From Chloroflexota bacterium (GTDB lineage Bacteria > Chloroflexota > Dehalococcoidia > GIF9 > UBA5629), in the NCBI GenBank assembly GCA_036821185.1, contig DAISKD010000002.1, positions 17,527-81,526 on the forward strand: 64,000 nucleotides of DNA. Direction: 5' to 3'. Shown one piece after another: positions 30,892-41,292 of the stretch (positions are counted from its first letter, which is position 1; every line of letters starts with the position of its first letter). Both the position numbers and the translations under genes were made by a program. The notes under the pieces are model-generated. The model did no database searches, was not told the origin of the DNA, and saw only the letters and a program-made list of their open reading frames with translations.

Positions 30892-32208
30892 CTACCTCAG
30901 GAAACCCTCATAGCGGCGCATAGTCAGCTGGGCTTCGATCTGCTTCATTGTGTCTAGGGCAACACCGACAACTATTAGTAAGCCCGTGCTCGATATAGTC
31001 AGCACCGCTACATCAGTTATGCTACGGATGAAAAAGGGCAACACCGCCACCGTGGCGAGGAACAGCGCACCACCCCAGGTTATCCTGGTTATCACCCCGT
31101 TAAGATATTCTGTGGTGGGCTTCCCCGGACGCACTCCAGGAATAAAACCACCCTGGCGTTGCAATGTCCGCGCCAGGTCCATCTGCTCGAATATGACCAT
31201 GGTATAGAAAAAGGCGAATGCTACCACCATCAGGAAATAGAGCGCCCAATAAAACAATCCCCGGGGGAGGGGAGCGTCGGGGTTAAACCAGTCCATGATA
31301 GCGTTGGCAAAGTTCGGCTCCTGCCCCATTGGGCTGGCGAAATAGCTGGCAATGGTGCCGGGAAAGATCATCAGCGAGATGGCAAAGATGAGCGGTATCA
31401 TACCGGCAGAGTTCACCTTGAGCGGAATATGCGTGGAGCCGGTCTGGCGGTACATCCGGGCGCCGCGAAATGTCGTCCGGGCATACTGGACAGGAATGCG
31501 ACGGTGTGCCTCGGTGAACATGACTATAAAGGCTATGGTAACCAGTCCCAGAAGGGTAAAAGCGATAAGCCCCGTAATGTTCTCCCTCACGATAAGGCCG
31601 CGCCCGATCATCTCAGGGAGTTGGGCAACGATGCCGCCGAAAATGATTATGGAGACTCCGTTGCCGACGCCCCGCTCTGTGATTAGCCCCCCCAACCAGA
31701 CAAGGAATATGGTGCCAGCGGTCAGCGAAAGTACCATGGCAAATGTTGGGAATGCTGCCGCCGTGCTCACCACCCCCTGACTCCGCAGCAGGTTTATCTG
31801 GGCATAGCCCTGCAAAGCAGCCAGGGGCACCGTCAGCCAGTGTGTGATCTGGCTGATCCTCCGCCTGCCAGCCTCACCCTCCTGCGAAAGCGCCCTCAGT
31901 GCCGGTATAACCGGTACCAGCAGCTGCATCACGATGGAAGCGGTTATGTAGGGGTAGACCCCCATCGCTGCTACGCTGAAGTTGCGCATGGCCCCACCGG
32001 TGAACAGGTCGAGCATGCCCAATAGCTGGTTCCGCTCAAAGAGGTCGCGCATCGCCACCACATCCAGACCTGGCATGGGGATATGGGCGATGAACCGGAA
32101 GACCACCAGCATGGCAAAAGTAAACACCAGTCGACGCCTCAAGTCAGGCAACGAAAAGGCGTCAATCATTGCCTGAATAAGACGGGGCCTTCCTGATACC
32201 TGCTGCAT
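30892..32208 (-). CDS. secY: Preprotein translocase subunit SecY.
   Basis: A 10-TM SecY with conserved motifs. Confidence 0.95.
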   Translation of the reverse strand: MQQVSGRPRLIQAMIDAFSLPDLRRRLVFTFAMLVVFRFIAHIPMPGLDVVAMRDLFERNQLLGMLDLFTGGAMRNFSVAAMGVYPYITASIVMQLLVPVIPALRALSQEGEAGRRRISQITHWLTVPLAALQGYAQINLLRSQGVVSTAAAFPTFAMVLSLTAGTIFLVWLGGLITERGVGNGVSIIIFGGIVAQLPEMIGRGLIVRENITGLIAFTLLGLVTIAFIVMFTEAHRRIPVQYARTTFRGARMYRQTGSTHIPLKVNSAGMIPLIFAISLMIFPGTIASYFASPMGQEPNFANAIMDWFNPDAPLPRGLFYWALYFLMVVAFAFFYTMVIFEQMDLARTLQRQGGFIPGVRPGKPTTEYLNGVITRITWGGALFLATVAVLPFFIRSITDVAVLTISSTGLLIVVGVALDTMKQIEAQLTMRRYEGFLR

Positions 32209-32210
32209 GG

Positions 32211-32654
32211 CTAAATGCGCTCCACCCTCCCCCCAACAGCCAGTATCTTCTTCTCGGCAGAAGCGGAGAATTCGTTGGCTTTCACCACCAGCGGGCAGTT
32301 GATGTCCCCATCCCCCAAGACTTTGATCGGTCGTCCTTTACTCTTGACTAGACCGGCATCAAAGAGAACCTGGGGGGTGACCTCAGTGTTAGGCGGAAAA
32401 GCTTTCAACTGCCCCACATTGACGATTTGGTACTCAGTCTTGAAGATGTTAGTAAAGCCACGCTTGTGCGGCAAACGTTTAACCAGCGGCAGCTGCCCAC
32501 CTTCAAATCCGGGACGCACCCCACCGCCGGAACGCGACTTTTGCCCCTTGCAGCCGCGTCCCGAATAACTACCATGACCGCTGCCATCGCCACAGCCAAC
32601 CCGTTTTCTTTTGCGCCTAGCTCCCGCAGGAGGTTTCAGTTCATGCTGCTCCAT
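32211..32654 (-). CDS. rplO: 50S ribosomal protein L15.
   Basis: Homology. Confidence 0.95.
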   Translation of the reverse strand: MEQHELKPPAGARRKRKRVGCGDGSGHGSYSGRGCKGQKSRSGGGVRPGFEGGQLPLVKRLPHKRGFTNIFKTEYQIVNVGQLKAFPPNTEVTPQVLFDAGLVKSKGRPIKVLGDGDINCPLVVKANEFSASAEKKILAVGGRVERI

Positions 32655-32835
32655 CTTCGATCACTTCCATTCTGACCAGATGCTTGACTTTGGCTACCAT
32701 ACCTCTTATGGCAGGCGAGTCCTCATGCTCCACCGTTTGTTGAAGACGGCGGAACCCTAAGGCCTTAAGTGTCCGCCTCTGGTCTTTTTCATAACCGATA
32801 TCACTTTTGACCCAGGTGATCCGCAGTCTAGCCAC
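32641..32835 (-). CDS. rpmD: 50S ribosomal protein L30.
   Basis: Homology. Confidence 0.9.
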   Translation of the reverse strand: MARLRITWVKSDIGYEKDQRRTLKALGFRRLQQTVEHEDSPAIRGMVAKVKHLVRMEVIEDGAA

Positions 32836-33370
32836 CTGACTTCTCTCCCTTGGTCGCAGTTTCTCCCTTGCGCTGGGAAAGGACCTCCTCGGGGTTTCTT
32901 AAGGTCGCCAGGGCTATGAGAGTGGCCCTGACCACATTTATGGGATTGGAACAACCCAACGACTTACTTAAGACGTCCTTTATACCCGCGGCCTCCAGCA
33001 CCGCTCGGACACCACCACCAGCAATAACGCCTGTACCGGGTACCGCAGGTTTCAGCAATATCTCCGCCGCCCCGTACTTGGATCGAATCTCGTGTGGTAT
33101 TGTGGTGCCTGACATGGCCACCTTGAACAGATCTTTCTTGGCAGTAGCACCCGCTTTACGTACCGCTTCCGGAACCTCTCTAGCCTTACCGATACCAGCA
33201 CCCACATGCCCCTTTCCATCTCCGACCACCACCAGAGCACGAAAACGAAGCCTTTTGCCGCCCTTCACCACCTTGGTCACACGGTTCAGTGCCACCAGTC
33301 TTTCTTCCAGCTCCAGCTCAGCAGGGTCAACTTTTGCCTTGTTCTTGGGCATTTTGGTCACCGCTTTCAT
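32828..33370 (-). CDS. rpsE: 30S ribosomal protein S5.
   Basis: The start is set to the ATG at 33370, downstream of the rplR stop. The ORF-track start at 33448 would overlap rplR. Confidence 0.9.
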   Translation of the reverse strand: MKAVTKMPKNKAKVDPAELELEERLVALNRVTKVVKGGKRLRFRALVVVGDGKGHVGAGIGKAREVPEAVRKAGATAKKDLFKVAMSGTTIPHEIRSKYGAAEILLKPAVPGTGVIAGGGVRAVLEAAGIKDVLSKSLGCSNPINVVRATLIALATLRNPEEVLSQRKGETATKGEKSGG

Positions 33371-33381
33371 AAACACAAACC

Positions 33382-33747
33382 TCAAAAATCCAGTCCGGCC
33401 TTCCTCGCCGCTTCTGCCAAAGCCTTTACTCTCCCGTGATACTTGCAACCGCCGCGGTCGAAGACGACCTGTTTTATGCCTTTGCTCAAAGCCCTCTGGG
33501 CTACCAGTGTGCCCACCACTTCAGCCACCTCGACCTTTTTCTTCCCATCTGCCCTGCCCCTTATCTCCGGCTCAAGGCTGCTGGCTATTGCCAGGGTATG
33601 TCCTCTGGAGTCGTCGATAACCTGAGCATAGATATGGTTCAAACTCCGGAAAACGCACAGCCTTGGCCTAGCAGGCGTGCCCACCACCTTCTTTCGGATG
33701 CGAACATGACGCCTCTTTCGCGCCAATCTAACATCTACTTTAGCCAT
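33382..33747 (-). CDS. rplR: 50S ribosomal protein L18.
   Basis: Homology. Confidence 0.95.
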   Translation of the reverse strand: MAKVDVRLARKRRHVRIRKKVVGTPARPRLCVFRSLNHIYAQVIDDSRGHTLAIASSLEPEIRGRADGKKKVEVAEVVGTLVAQRALSKGIKQVVFDRGGCKYHGRVKALAEAARKAGLDF

Positions 33748-33756
33748 CTCATCTCC

Positions 33757-34308
33757 TTAGCCTTTGGCTGACGCCTTTCCGGCCTTACCTGGCTTGAGCC
33801 GAATTTTCTCACCCGCATACCTGATACCCTTTCCCTTATAGGAATCGGGGGGCCTTATAGCCTTGATTTCAGCTGCAGTCCTCCCCACCAGTTCTTTATC
33901 AATGCCGATGACACGGACACGGTTCGCTCCCTCGACCACAATATCTATCCCCGGCGGCGGTGTAAATTCCACCGGGTGACTGAAACCGACCTGCAAGGAC
34001 AGCGCATTTCCAACCTTCTGTGCCCTGTACCCCACACCACTTAGCTCCAGGACTTTCTCAAAGCCCTTGGTCACACCCTCTACCATATTAGCCAGCAGCG
34101 ACCGCGTCAACCCGTGCAAAGCACGGTGGTTCCTGTTGCCTGTTGGCCTGGTCACCTCCAGCTTACCGTCCTCTAAAGCGATAGAGATGTCCGGATGAAA
34201 GGCGCGCGTAAGCTTTCCTTTAGCACCCTCTACCGTTACCTCATTCCCTTTTATGGTCACCTTGACACCCTGAGGAACGTGGATCGGCATCCTACCTATG
34301 CGCGACAT
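33757..34308 (-). CDS. rplF: 50S ribosomal protein L6.
   Basis: Homology. Confidence 0.95.
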   Translation of the reverse strand: MSRIGRMPIHVPQGVKVTIKGNEVTVEGAKGKLTRAFHPDISIALEDGKLEVTRPTGNRNHRALHGLTRSLLANMVEGVTKGFEKVLELSGVGYRAQKVGNALSLQVGFSHPVEFTPPPGIDIVVEGANRVRVIGIDKELVGRTAAEIKAIRPPDSYKGKGIRYAGEKIRLKPGKAGKASAKG

Positions 34309-34326
34309 AATAGCTCTCCACAGAAC

Positions 34327-34719
34327 TTACCATACGTAACACAGTAGCTCTCCACCCAGCTTTCGCTGCCAGGCTTGCTGTCCAGTCATCAATCCTTTCG
34401 ACGTGGACAGGATAGCTATGCCCAGCCCGCCGTAAACGCGGGGTATCTCACCGCGCCCCACATATACCCTGAGACCTGGTTTACTCACCCGCTCCAGCCC
34501 CCTCACCGCCGGCTGTCCATCTATATATTTCAGAGTTATCTTTATCATCCTCTGCGGTCTGCCCCTGAGGAGAGTATAATCCGAAATAAAGCCTTCCTCC
34601 TTAAGAATCTTGGCTATAGCTAGCTTCATCTTTGAGACCGGGACAAGGACGCTATCATGCCTCACCATCACGGCGTTTCGGATCCGAGTCAGCATATCAG
34701 CAATAGGGTCAGTGACCAT
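34327..34719 (-). CDS. rpsH: 30S ribosomal protein S8.
   Basis: Homology. Confidence 0.95.
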   Translation of the reverse strand: MVTDPIADMLTRIRNAVMVRHDSVLVPVSKMKLAIAKILKEEGFISDYTLLRGRPQRMIKITLKYIDGQPAVRGLERVSKPGLRVYVGRGEIPRVYGGLGIAILSTSKGLMTGQQAWQRKLGGELLCYVW

Positions 34720-34737
34720 AAATAACAGTCCTCCGTG

Positions 34738-34923
34738 TCACCAGCTCGACTTTCTCACCCCCGGGATCTCCCCCTTTAAGGCAAGCTGCCGAAAGCAGAT
34801 ACGGCACAGCCCAAACTGCCGGATAAAGGCACGAGGCCTACCGCACAACCGGCAGCGGTTGCGGTGCTGCACCTTATACTTCGGCGGTCGCATAGATTTA
34901 AGAACTTTAGATAGTTTCGCCAT
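34738..34923 (-). CDS. rpsZ: 30S ribosomal protein S14 type Z, zinc-binding.
   Basis: A 61-aa protein with the CRLCGRP...CRIC motif. Confidence 0.9.
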   Translation of the reverse strand: MAKLSKVLKSMRPPKYKVQHRNRCRLCGRPRAFIRQFGLCRICFRQLALKGEIPGVRKSSW

Positions 34924-34935
34924 ATCTCAGTAACC

Positions 34936-35478
34936 TCATTGCTTCCTGAAAGGCATGCCCAGACACTCGAGCAGGTACCTGCCTTCCTCTGCAGTGGCTG
35001 CCGTGGTCACTATGGTTATCTCCAGTCCCCTCAGCCTGTCCACCTTATCATATTCAATCTCCGGAAAAACGATCTGTTCCTTAAGTCCCAATGTATAGTT
35101 GCCAGCGCCATCAAAGGAGTCCCGTGGCACCCCCTGAAAATCCCGCACCCGCGGCAGCACCACACTTACCAGCTTATCAAAGAAATCGTACATCCTCTTG
35201 CCCCTGAGGGTCACCATCATCCCCACGGGCACACCAGCCCTGATCTTGAACGCCGCAATGGACTTCTTGGCCCGTGTCGTCACCGGATGCTGTCCCGAGA
35301 TCAGCGCCAGGTCCTTCTCCGCAGCTTCTAGGGCCTTGGGGTTCTGCACTGCTTCCCCGAGACCTATGTTCAACACGATCTTGCTCAGCCGTGGTACCTG
35401 CATCACGTTCTTGTATCCAAACTTCTCCATAAGTTTCGGTACCACTTCTTTCACATACTTTTCCTTAAGACGAGACAT
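34936..35478 (-). CDS. rplE: 50S ribosomal protein L5.
   Basis: Homology. Confidence 0.95.
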   Translation of the reverse strand: MSRLKEKYVKEVVPKLMEKFGYKNVMQVPRLSKIVLNIGLGEAVQNPKALEAAEKDLALISGQHPVTTRAKKSIAAFKIRAGVPVGMMVTLRGKRMYDFFDKLVSVVLPRVRDFQGVPRDSFDGAGNYTLGLKEQIVFPEIEYDKVDRLRGLEITIVTTAATAEEGRYLLECLGMPFRKQ

Positions 35479-35495
35479 GGCACAGGTACATCCAA

Positions 35496-35807
35496 TCAGT
35501 CAATTACCTCACTACAGGAGCGACAAACACGCACCTTCCTGCCATCATCCAAAAAGCGATAACCGACCCGCGTCGGCTTGTTGCATTTTCCGCAAATGAG
35601 CATGACATTAGACACATGGACCGGCGCCTCGAGTTCGATAATGCCGGCCTGTCTGGCCACTCCCCGAGCCCGTGAATGACGCTTAATCATGTTTATCCCT
35701 TCGACTATCACCTTCTGCTCTTTGGGCATAGCCTTCCTGACCTTGCCCTTCTTCCCCCTATCTTTGCCGGCGATCACTAGCACGGTATCGTTCTTTCTGA
35801 TCTTCAT
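35496..35807 (-). CDS. rplX: 50S ribosomal protein L24 with a C-terminal C4 zinc ribbon.
   Basis: An N-terminal KOW domain, then C-terminal CGKC...CRSC, the same Cys pattern as Thermus-type L24. Confidence 0.9.
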   Translation of the reverse strand: MKIRKNDTVLVIAGKDRGKKGKVRKAMPKEQKVIVEGINMIKRHSRARGVARQAGIIELEAPVHVSNVMLICGKCNKPTRVGYRFLDDGRKVRVCRSCSEVID

Positions 35808-35819
35808 CGCTACAATGCC

Positions 35820-36188
35820 TCACAATACCTCAGGGGCCAGCGAGATTATCTTCATGAAGTTTTTGTCCCTCAGCTCTCTGGCCACCGGACCGAAAATACG
35901 AGTGCCACGCGGGTTATTTTTGTCGTCCAGGATAACTGCGGCATTCTCATCGAACTTGACATAGGAACCGTCAGGTCGATGGTACTGCCTTGCCACGCGG
36001 ACGACCACCGCCCGGACAACATCCCCTTTCTTTACCACCCCACCGGGGATAGCACGCTTTACCGTACCCACAATAATATCTCCGACGGTGGCGTAGCGCC
36101 GCCGGGTACCGCCGGGCACATTGATACACATAATCTGTCTGGCACCAGTATTATCAGCTACTTTAAGTCTGGTATAAGGCTGGATCAT
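35820..36188 (-). CDS. rplN: 50S ribosomal protein L14.
   Basis: Homology. Confidence 0.95.
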   Translation of the reverse strand: MIQPYTRLKVADNTGARQIMCINVPGGTRRRYATVGDIIVGTVKRAIPGGVVKKGDVVRAVVVRVARQYHRPDGSYVKFDENAAVILDDKNNPRGTRIFGPVARELRDKNFMKIISLAPEVL

Positions 36189-36213
36189 CTCTGGTTCCTA
36201 AAAAGATACCCGC

Positions 36214-36495
36214 TCAAGTTACCTCACCGGGCTCAACCTCAACCTTCTCTTTCTTCTGCAATATCTCAACGACACGCCAGCGCTTCTCTTTGGAAAGCGG
36301 GCGTGTCTCCATTATCTTCACCACATCGCCAATGCGGCACTTGTTTTCCTCGTCGTGTGCCTTGAATTTGGCTCGCCGCCTTGTCACCTTCTTGTACAGT
36401 GGATGCCTCGTCAGGCTTTCCACCTGCACCACAACTGTCTTGTCCATCTTGTCGCTTATTACTGTACCTATCCTCACTTTTCGCTTGCCTGTCAT
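36214..36495 (-). CDS. rpsQ: 30S ribosomal protein S17.
   Basis: Homology. Confidence 0.9.
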   Translation of the reverse strand: MTGKRKVRIGTVISDKMDKTVVVQVESLTRHPLYKKVTRRRAKFKAHDEENKCRIGDVVKIMETRPLSKEKRWRVVEILQKKEKVEVEPGEVT

Positions 36496-36498
36496 GGG

Positions 36499-36696
36499 CT
36501 ACCTTATTCCTAGCTCCCTCTCTCTTAATACCGTCTTGATCCTGGCGATCTTTTTCTTCACCTTTTTCAGCTCGCTGGTGTTCGCTAGCTGTCTTGTCGC
36601 CAGGCGAAACCTCAGATTGAACAGCTCCTCATAGGCTTCCTCAAGCTTCTTGGCTAGCTCCTCGTTACGCAAAGCACGGATTTCGTCAACCTTCAT
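36499..36696 (-). CDS. rpmC: 50S ribosomal protein L29.
   Basis: Homology. Confidence 0.9.
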   Translation of the reverse strand: MKVDEIRALRNEELAKKLEEAYEELFNLRFRLATRQLANTSELKKVKKKIARIKTVLRERELGIR

Positions 36697-37124
36697 GCTG
36701 TCGCCTCTTGCTTAACGCCCTCTTTTACCACAAACCTGGTAGCTATAGGCAGTTTGTACGATGCCAGGTGCAGTGCCTCATGGGCCATATCCTCCTTGAT
36801 GCCGCTCACTTCAAACAGTATCCTGCCCGGCTTTACCACAGCTACCCAATGATCAGGAGCACCCTTGCCACTACCCATCCTTGTTTCCGCCGGCTTCTTA
36901 GTAACCGGCTTGTCCGGGAAAATGCGTATCCACATACGCCCGCCGCGGCGCAAGTAGCGCACGATGACGCGGCGCGCAGCTTCGATCTGCCTTCCCGTCA
37001 CCCAAGCACCCTCTAGAGCTTGCAGACCAAACTCTCCAAAGGCGAGGGTGTTCCCGGCTTGTGCCTTACCCCGTAAGTGCCTTCGCTGGGCTTTACGATA
37101 CTTCACTCGTTTCGGCTGCAACAA
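36693..37124 (-). CDS. rplP: 50S ribosomal protein L16.
   Basis: Homology. Confidence 0.95.
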   Translation of the reverse strand: MLQPKRVKYRKAQRRHLRGKAQAGNTLAFGEFGLQALEGAWVTGRQIEAARRVIVRYLRRGGRMWIRIFPDKPVTKKPAETRMGSGKGAPDHWVAVVKPGRILFEVSGIKEDMAHEALHLASYKLPIATRFVVKEGVKQEATA

Positions 37125-37764
37125 GTTCTCTACTTACCTCCGGTGTAATATCGCCTTTGTAAATCCAGACCTTTATCCCGATATTGCCCAATGTGGTCTT
37201 AGCTTCGACAAAACCATAGTCAATATCGGCACATAGCTTATGCAACGGCAGTTGCCCCTGAAGGGTAGTCTCACGGCGGGCGATCTCTACACCGCCCAAT
37301 CTGCCGGCGCAGCTAATTTTTATACCTTTAGCCCCAGCTTGCATCGTCCGAAAAGCAGCTTGTTTCATCGCCCTACGAAAGGCCATCCTGCGCTCGATCT
37401 GGTCAGCGATAGTCCTCGCCACCACCACCGCCTCCAGCTCCGGCTGCTCCACCTCTTTGATGGACAGCCTCACCCTCTTGCCACATATCTCCTCAAGGTG
37501 CTTCTTCAACTCCTCAGCCCGTTGGCCCCCTCTTCCGATAACGATACCCGGGCGCGCTGAGTATAGGGTTACCACCACCTCATTTCCGGTACGCTCGATC
37601 CCCACCCTGGCAACGCCGCCATCGGCACACTTTTCAGCTATAGCCTTGCGCAGTTTCAAGTCTTCCTGCAAGAACTCGGTGTAATGCTTTTCGCTATACC
37701 ACTTGGACTGCCAGCCGCGAATTACACCGATCCTAAAACCGTAAGGATGTACCTTATGCCCCAC
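37093..37764 (-). CDS. rpsC: 30S ribosomal protein S3.
   Basis: A GTG start ([11 protein letters not shown]) after a GGAGGAGG RBS. The ORF-track TTG/ATG at 37782 is the alternative. Confidence 0.9.
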   Translation of the reverse strand: MGHKVHPYGFRIGVIRGWQSKWYSEKHYTEFLQEDLKLRKAIAEKCADGGVARVGIERTGNEVVVTLYSARPGIVIGRGGQRAEELKKHLEEICGKRVRLSIKEVEQPELEAVVVARTIADQIERRMAFRRAMKQAAFRTMQAGAKGIKISCAGRLGGVEIARRETTLQGQLPLHKLCADIDYGFVEAKTTLGNIGIKVWIYKGDITPEVSRELVAAETSEVS

Positions 37765-38098
37765 TTGCCTCCTCCTCAACAAAGACTTTTATATGGGTGG
37801 AGCGCTTAAGGATGGGGTTGACACGTCCCCTCGCCTGAGGGCGGAACCTCTTCAGCCTGTGCCCCTCATCGGCAAAGATCTCTGTGATCCTAAGCGCCGT
37901 AGGTTCCATCTGAAAATTGTTCTCCGCATTGGCTGCCGCCGACTTGATCACCTTGGCTACCTCCCGAGCCGCCGGTGTGGGCAAGAACTTGAGCATCGCC
38001 AGCGCCTCGTCCACCTTCTTGCCACGCACCAGGTCAACAACCAATCTCACCTTCTGTGCTGAGATGCGTACATCCTTAGCTTCAGCCTTCACTTTCAT
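37754..38098 (-). CDS. rplV: 50S ribosomal protein L22.
   Basis: Homology. Confidence 0.95.
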   Translation of the reverse strand: MKVKAEAKDVRISAQKVRLVVDLVRGKKVDEALAMLKFLPTPAAREVAKVIKSAAANAENNFQMEPTALRITEIFADEGHRLKRFRPQARGRVNPILKRSTHIKVFVEEEASGA

Positions 38099-38109
38099 GT
38101 CCGTAGCTA

Positions 38110-38400
38110 TTACTTCTTCTTAGCCTGTACTGTCACTTGCGCTTTAGCGGTATGACCACGGAAGGTCCTGGTCGGTGCAAATTCCCCCAGCTTATGCCCC
38201 ACCATATTCTCTGTAATAAAAATGGGTACATGACGCCGCCCGTCATGTACGGCAATGGCATGACCGATCATCTCGGGCAGTATGGTAGAACCCCGGGACC
38301 ACGTTTTTATTACCGCTTTTCCTCCGGAGCGGTTAAGCGCCTCTACTTTTTTGAGCAACTTGGGGTCACAATAAGGACCCTTTTTTGATGAACGTGACAT
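38110..38400 (-). CDS. rpsS: 30S ribosomal protein S19.
   Basis: Homology. Confidence 0.95.
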   Translation of the reverse strand: MSRSSKKGPYCDPKLLKKVEALNRSGGKAVIKTWSRGSTILPEMIGHAIAVHDGRRHVPIFITENMVGHKLGEFAPTRTFRGHTAKAQVTVQAKKK

Positions 38401-38429
38401 TTCTTTCTAATACTCCAAAATAATAAATA

Positions 38430-39254
38430 TTACTCCTTTCGCCGCTTCACAATCAACCTGTCCGAGGGTTTGGCTCGTCGTGTCTTCTCTCCCAGCGCCG
38501 GCTTGCCCCAAGGCGTCTTGGGCGCCATCCCTCTGGGGGCCCGGCCCTCACCACCGCCATGGGGATGGTCCCGCGGAGTCATTGCCGAACCCCGAACCTG
38601 GGGACGCCTCCCCAGCCACCTGGTGCGCCCGGCTTTGCCCAGCTTGATTCCCCTATGCTCCACATTGCCCACCTGGCCTATAGTGGCCACGCAGGTGGAC
38701 AGAAAACGGCGCACCTCGCCCGACGGCAGACGAACCAGTGTGTACTTATCCTCCTTGCCCAGCACCTGCGCTACCACGCCAGCACTGCGCACCAGTTGGC
38801 CACCCTTTCCCGGCTCAAGTTCCAGATTGTGTATCAGCGTGCCGTCGGGGATGGAACCCAGTGGCAAAGCGTTACCGGGCTTGATCTCGGCACCTTCACC
38901 AGCCGTTACAGTATCACCCACATTCAACCCCAGCGGCGCCAGTATGTAGCGTTTTTCACCGTCGACATAGTGTATCAAGGCAATGCGCGCCGAGCGGTTG
39001 GGGTCATATTCGATAGCTGCCACTTTGCCCGGCACGCCGAGCTTGTCCCTTTTGAAGTCTATAATGCGCAGCCGCCGCTTGGCACCTCCAGCACGATGTC
39101 GTACCGTGATCACACCCCGGTTATTGCGCCCTGCCTTCTTCTTCAATGGCAACAAAAGCGACTTCTCGGGCACGGTCTTCGTTATTTCCTCAAAGGTGGC
39201 ACTGACCATGCCCCGCCTGCCGGGTGATGTCGGTTTGAAAGTCTTCAGTCCCAA
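38430..39254 (-). CDS. rplB: 50S ribosomal protein L2.
   Basis: Begins (TTG) [15 protein letters not shown] after a GAGAGGTAGG RBS. Confidence 0.95.
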   Translation of the reverse strand: MGLKTFKPTSPGRRGMVSATFEEITKTVPEKSLLLPLKKKAGRNNRGVITVRHRAGGAKRRLRIIDFKRDKLGVPGKVAAIEYDPNRSARIALIHYVDGEKRYILAPLGLNVGDTVTAGEGAEIKPGNALPLGSIPDGTLIHNLELEPGKGGQLVRSAGVVAQVLGKEDKYTLVRLPSGEVRRFLSTCVATIGQVGNVEHRGIKLGKAGRTRWLGRRPQVRGSAMTPRDHPHGGGEGRAPRGMAPKTPWGKPALGEKTRRAKPSDRLIVKRRKE

Positions 39255-39387
39255 AGCAGCCTACCTCTCTAAGGATGTCTCCGCTGCCATCGCGTCTTCT
39301 TCAGCAGCTTGCGATGTTTGTGTTTTGCCATCTTCTTTCTGCGCTTTTTTATGACTGAGCCCACGTTACTACCTCAGCTCTGACCTT

Positions 39388-39672
39388 TTACACTCCTTCG
39401 AAGAACTCTATCTTCTGTCCTGGGGCTAGGGTCACCACCGCCTTCTTCCACTCCGGCGTCTCCACCTGACGCCTGCCAAACCTCTTCGTTTTGCCGGGTA
39501 CATTTACGATATTCACCTTGACTACATCGACCTTGAAGGCAAGCTCCACCGCCTCCTTGACCTGGCGCTTGCTTGCCCCTTTTACCACCTCAAAAGCATA
39601 TTTGCCCTGCTCTTTAAGGACAGTCGTTTTCTCCGAGATTATCGGGCGTTTCAGTACCTGGTAAAGATGCAT
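39388..39672 (-). CDS. rplW: 50S ribosomal protein L23.
   Basis: The ATG at 39672 gives MHLYQVLKRPIISEK. Confidence 0.9.
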   Translation of the reverse strand: MHLYQVLKRPIISEKTTVLKEQGKYAFEVVKGASKRQVKEAVELAFKVDVVKVNIVNVPGKTKRFGRRQVETPEWKKAVVTLAPGQKIEFFEGV

Positions 39673-39689
39673 TTCGATCTCTCTCAAAC

Positions 39690-40346
39690 TCAATCAGCAG
39701 CCGCTATCGCTCTGGCTCTGGGTTTCACGCCCCATAGGTCCTCGACCACACGCACCGCATCCTCGGGCATTATCAGAAACCTATATGATAATAAATCAGC
39801 TACGTTAAGCAACGAAGCCAGCATCGTCTTGACCTTCGGCAAATTACGCGCCGCTCTGACTAGCCTATCGTCTTTCTGACTTGTGGCAATTATGGCTGAC
39901 CCCTCGACCTTCAGCGCGGCCAGGACCTTAGCCACTTCCTTCGTCTTGGGGCTGGCCAGCTCCAGTTTGTCCAGGACTATCAAGCGACCGCTTTTTGCCT
40001 TGTCCGAAAGTACACACCTGATAGCCAGACGACGCATCTTCTTGGGCACCTCCTGCCGGTAGCTCCTGGGATGCGGTCCGTGAGCTACTCCACCGCCCAC
40101 AAAAATAGGTGCTCCAGCATCGCCGTGCCGAGCCCTGCCGGTATGCTTCTGCGGATATAGCTTCCTGCCACCAATATTGACGTCACCCCGTGTCTTGGTG
40201 TCCGCAGTACCCAGGCGCCGGTTGGCTAACTGTGCTACCAGTACTTGATGCACCACTGCCTCATTAAAAGGCACATCAAAGACGTCGTCCCTGACTTCTA
40301 CCTCTCCCACTACCTGGCCGCCCACATTATGAAGCTTTAGCCGCAT
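39690..40346 (-). CDS. rplD: 50S ribosomal protein L4.
   Basis: The start is set to the ATG at 40346 after a GAGGTGGTAAGA RBS ([10 protein letters not shown]). The ORF-track start at 40397 would overlap rplC by 70 nt. Confidence 0.9.
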   Translation of the reverse strand: MRLKLHNVGGQVVGEVEVRDDVFDVPFNEAVVHQVLVAQLANRRLGTADTKTRGDVNIGGRKLYPQKHTGRARHGDAGAPIFVGGGVAHGPHPRSYRQEVPKKMRRLAIRCVLSDKAKSGRLIVLDKLELASPKTKEVAKVLAALKVEGSAIIATSQKDDRLVRAARNLPKVKTMLASLLNVADLLSYRFLIMPEDAVRVVEDLWGVKPRARAIAAAD

Positions 40347-40968
40347 TCTTACCACCTCTGATGGCTTTTCTGACGAGCACCAATCCATTCCTGCCACCGG
40401 GCACCGCGCCCTTAACCAGCAACAGATGGCGCGCCGTGTCCACCTCCACCACTCTCAAATTGCGCACCGTAACCCTGGCATTGCCCATATGGCCTGCCAT
40501 ACGGGTACCTTTGAGCACGCGCCCGGGGAACGTAGTGGCACCGACTGAGCCCGGAGCCCGGTGTCTATCCGATTGGCCATGTGTCTTGGGACCACCGGCA
40601 AAATGATGTCGCTTGACCACACCGGCAAACCCTTTACCCTTCGAGGTGCCGATGACATCGACCAAGTCCCCGGGTTTGAATATATCGACGTCGATCTTCT
40701 GCCCCAACTTGAACCCGCTGACATCTTCGACGCGGAACTCGCGCAAGTATTTGAACAGCCCTAAGCCCTTGAGGTTCCCCTTTTGTGGAGCATTCAGCCG
40801 CTTCGTCTCACCAAAGCCAAGCTGGATAGCGTTGTAGCCGTCCTTTTCTTTCGTCTTAATCTGAGTGATAACGCAGGGACCGGCCTCAATGGCCGTTACC
40901 ACCGTTTCGCCGTCTTCGCGAAACAATTGGGTAATACCTATTTTCTTACCGATCATGCCTGGAAACAT
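40327..40968 (-). CDS. rplC: 50S ribosomal protein L3.
   Basis: Homology. Confidence 0.95.
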   Translation of the reverse strand: MFPGMIGKKIGITQLFREDGETVVTAIEAGPCVITQIKTKEKDGYNAIQLGFGETKRLNAPQKGNLKGLGLFKYLREFRVEDVSGFKLGQKIDVDIFKPGDLVDVIGTSKGKGFAGVVKRHHFAGGPKTHGQSDRHRAPGSVGATTFPGRVLKGTRMAGHMGNARVTVRNLRVVEVDTARHLLLVKGAVPGGRNGLVLVRKAIRGGKNAAKAS

Positions 40969-40981
40969 CGTTAGAAAAACC

Positions 40982-41290
40982 TTATAACTTGATATCGATC
41001 TCCACCCCAGAAGGTAACTGGAGCTGAGTTAGAGCATCTATGGTCTTAGATGTCGGCTCCAGGATATCGATAAGGCGTTTGTGAGTGCGGATCTCAAACT
41101 GCTCCCTCGAGTCCTTATCGATGTGGGGGGACCTGATGACGCAGAACTTGCGGATATGCGTGGGCAGCGGGACAGGTCCAGCCACTATCGCCCCCGTCCG
41201 TTCCACGGTCTCCACAATCTGTACCACCGACTGGTCTACCAGCCTGTGGTCATATCCTTTGACCTTTATCCGAATTTTCTGCTTGGGCAT
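40982..41290 (-). CDS. rpsJ: 30S ribosomal protein S10.
   Basis: Homology. Confidence 0.95.
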   Translation of the reverse strand: MPKQKIRIKVKGYDHRLVDQSVVQIVETVERTGAIVAGPVPLPTHIRKFCVIRSPHIDKDSREQFEIRTHKRLIDILEPTSKTIDALTQLQLPSGVEIDIKL

Positions 41291-41292
41291 AC

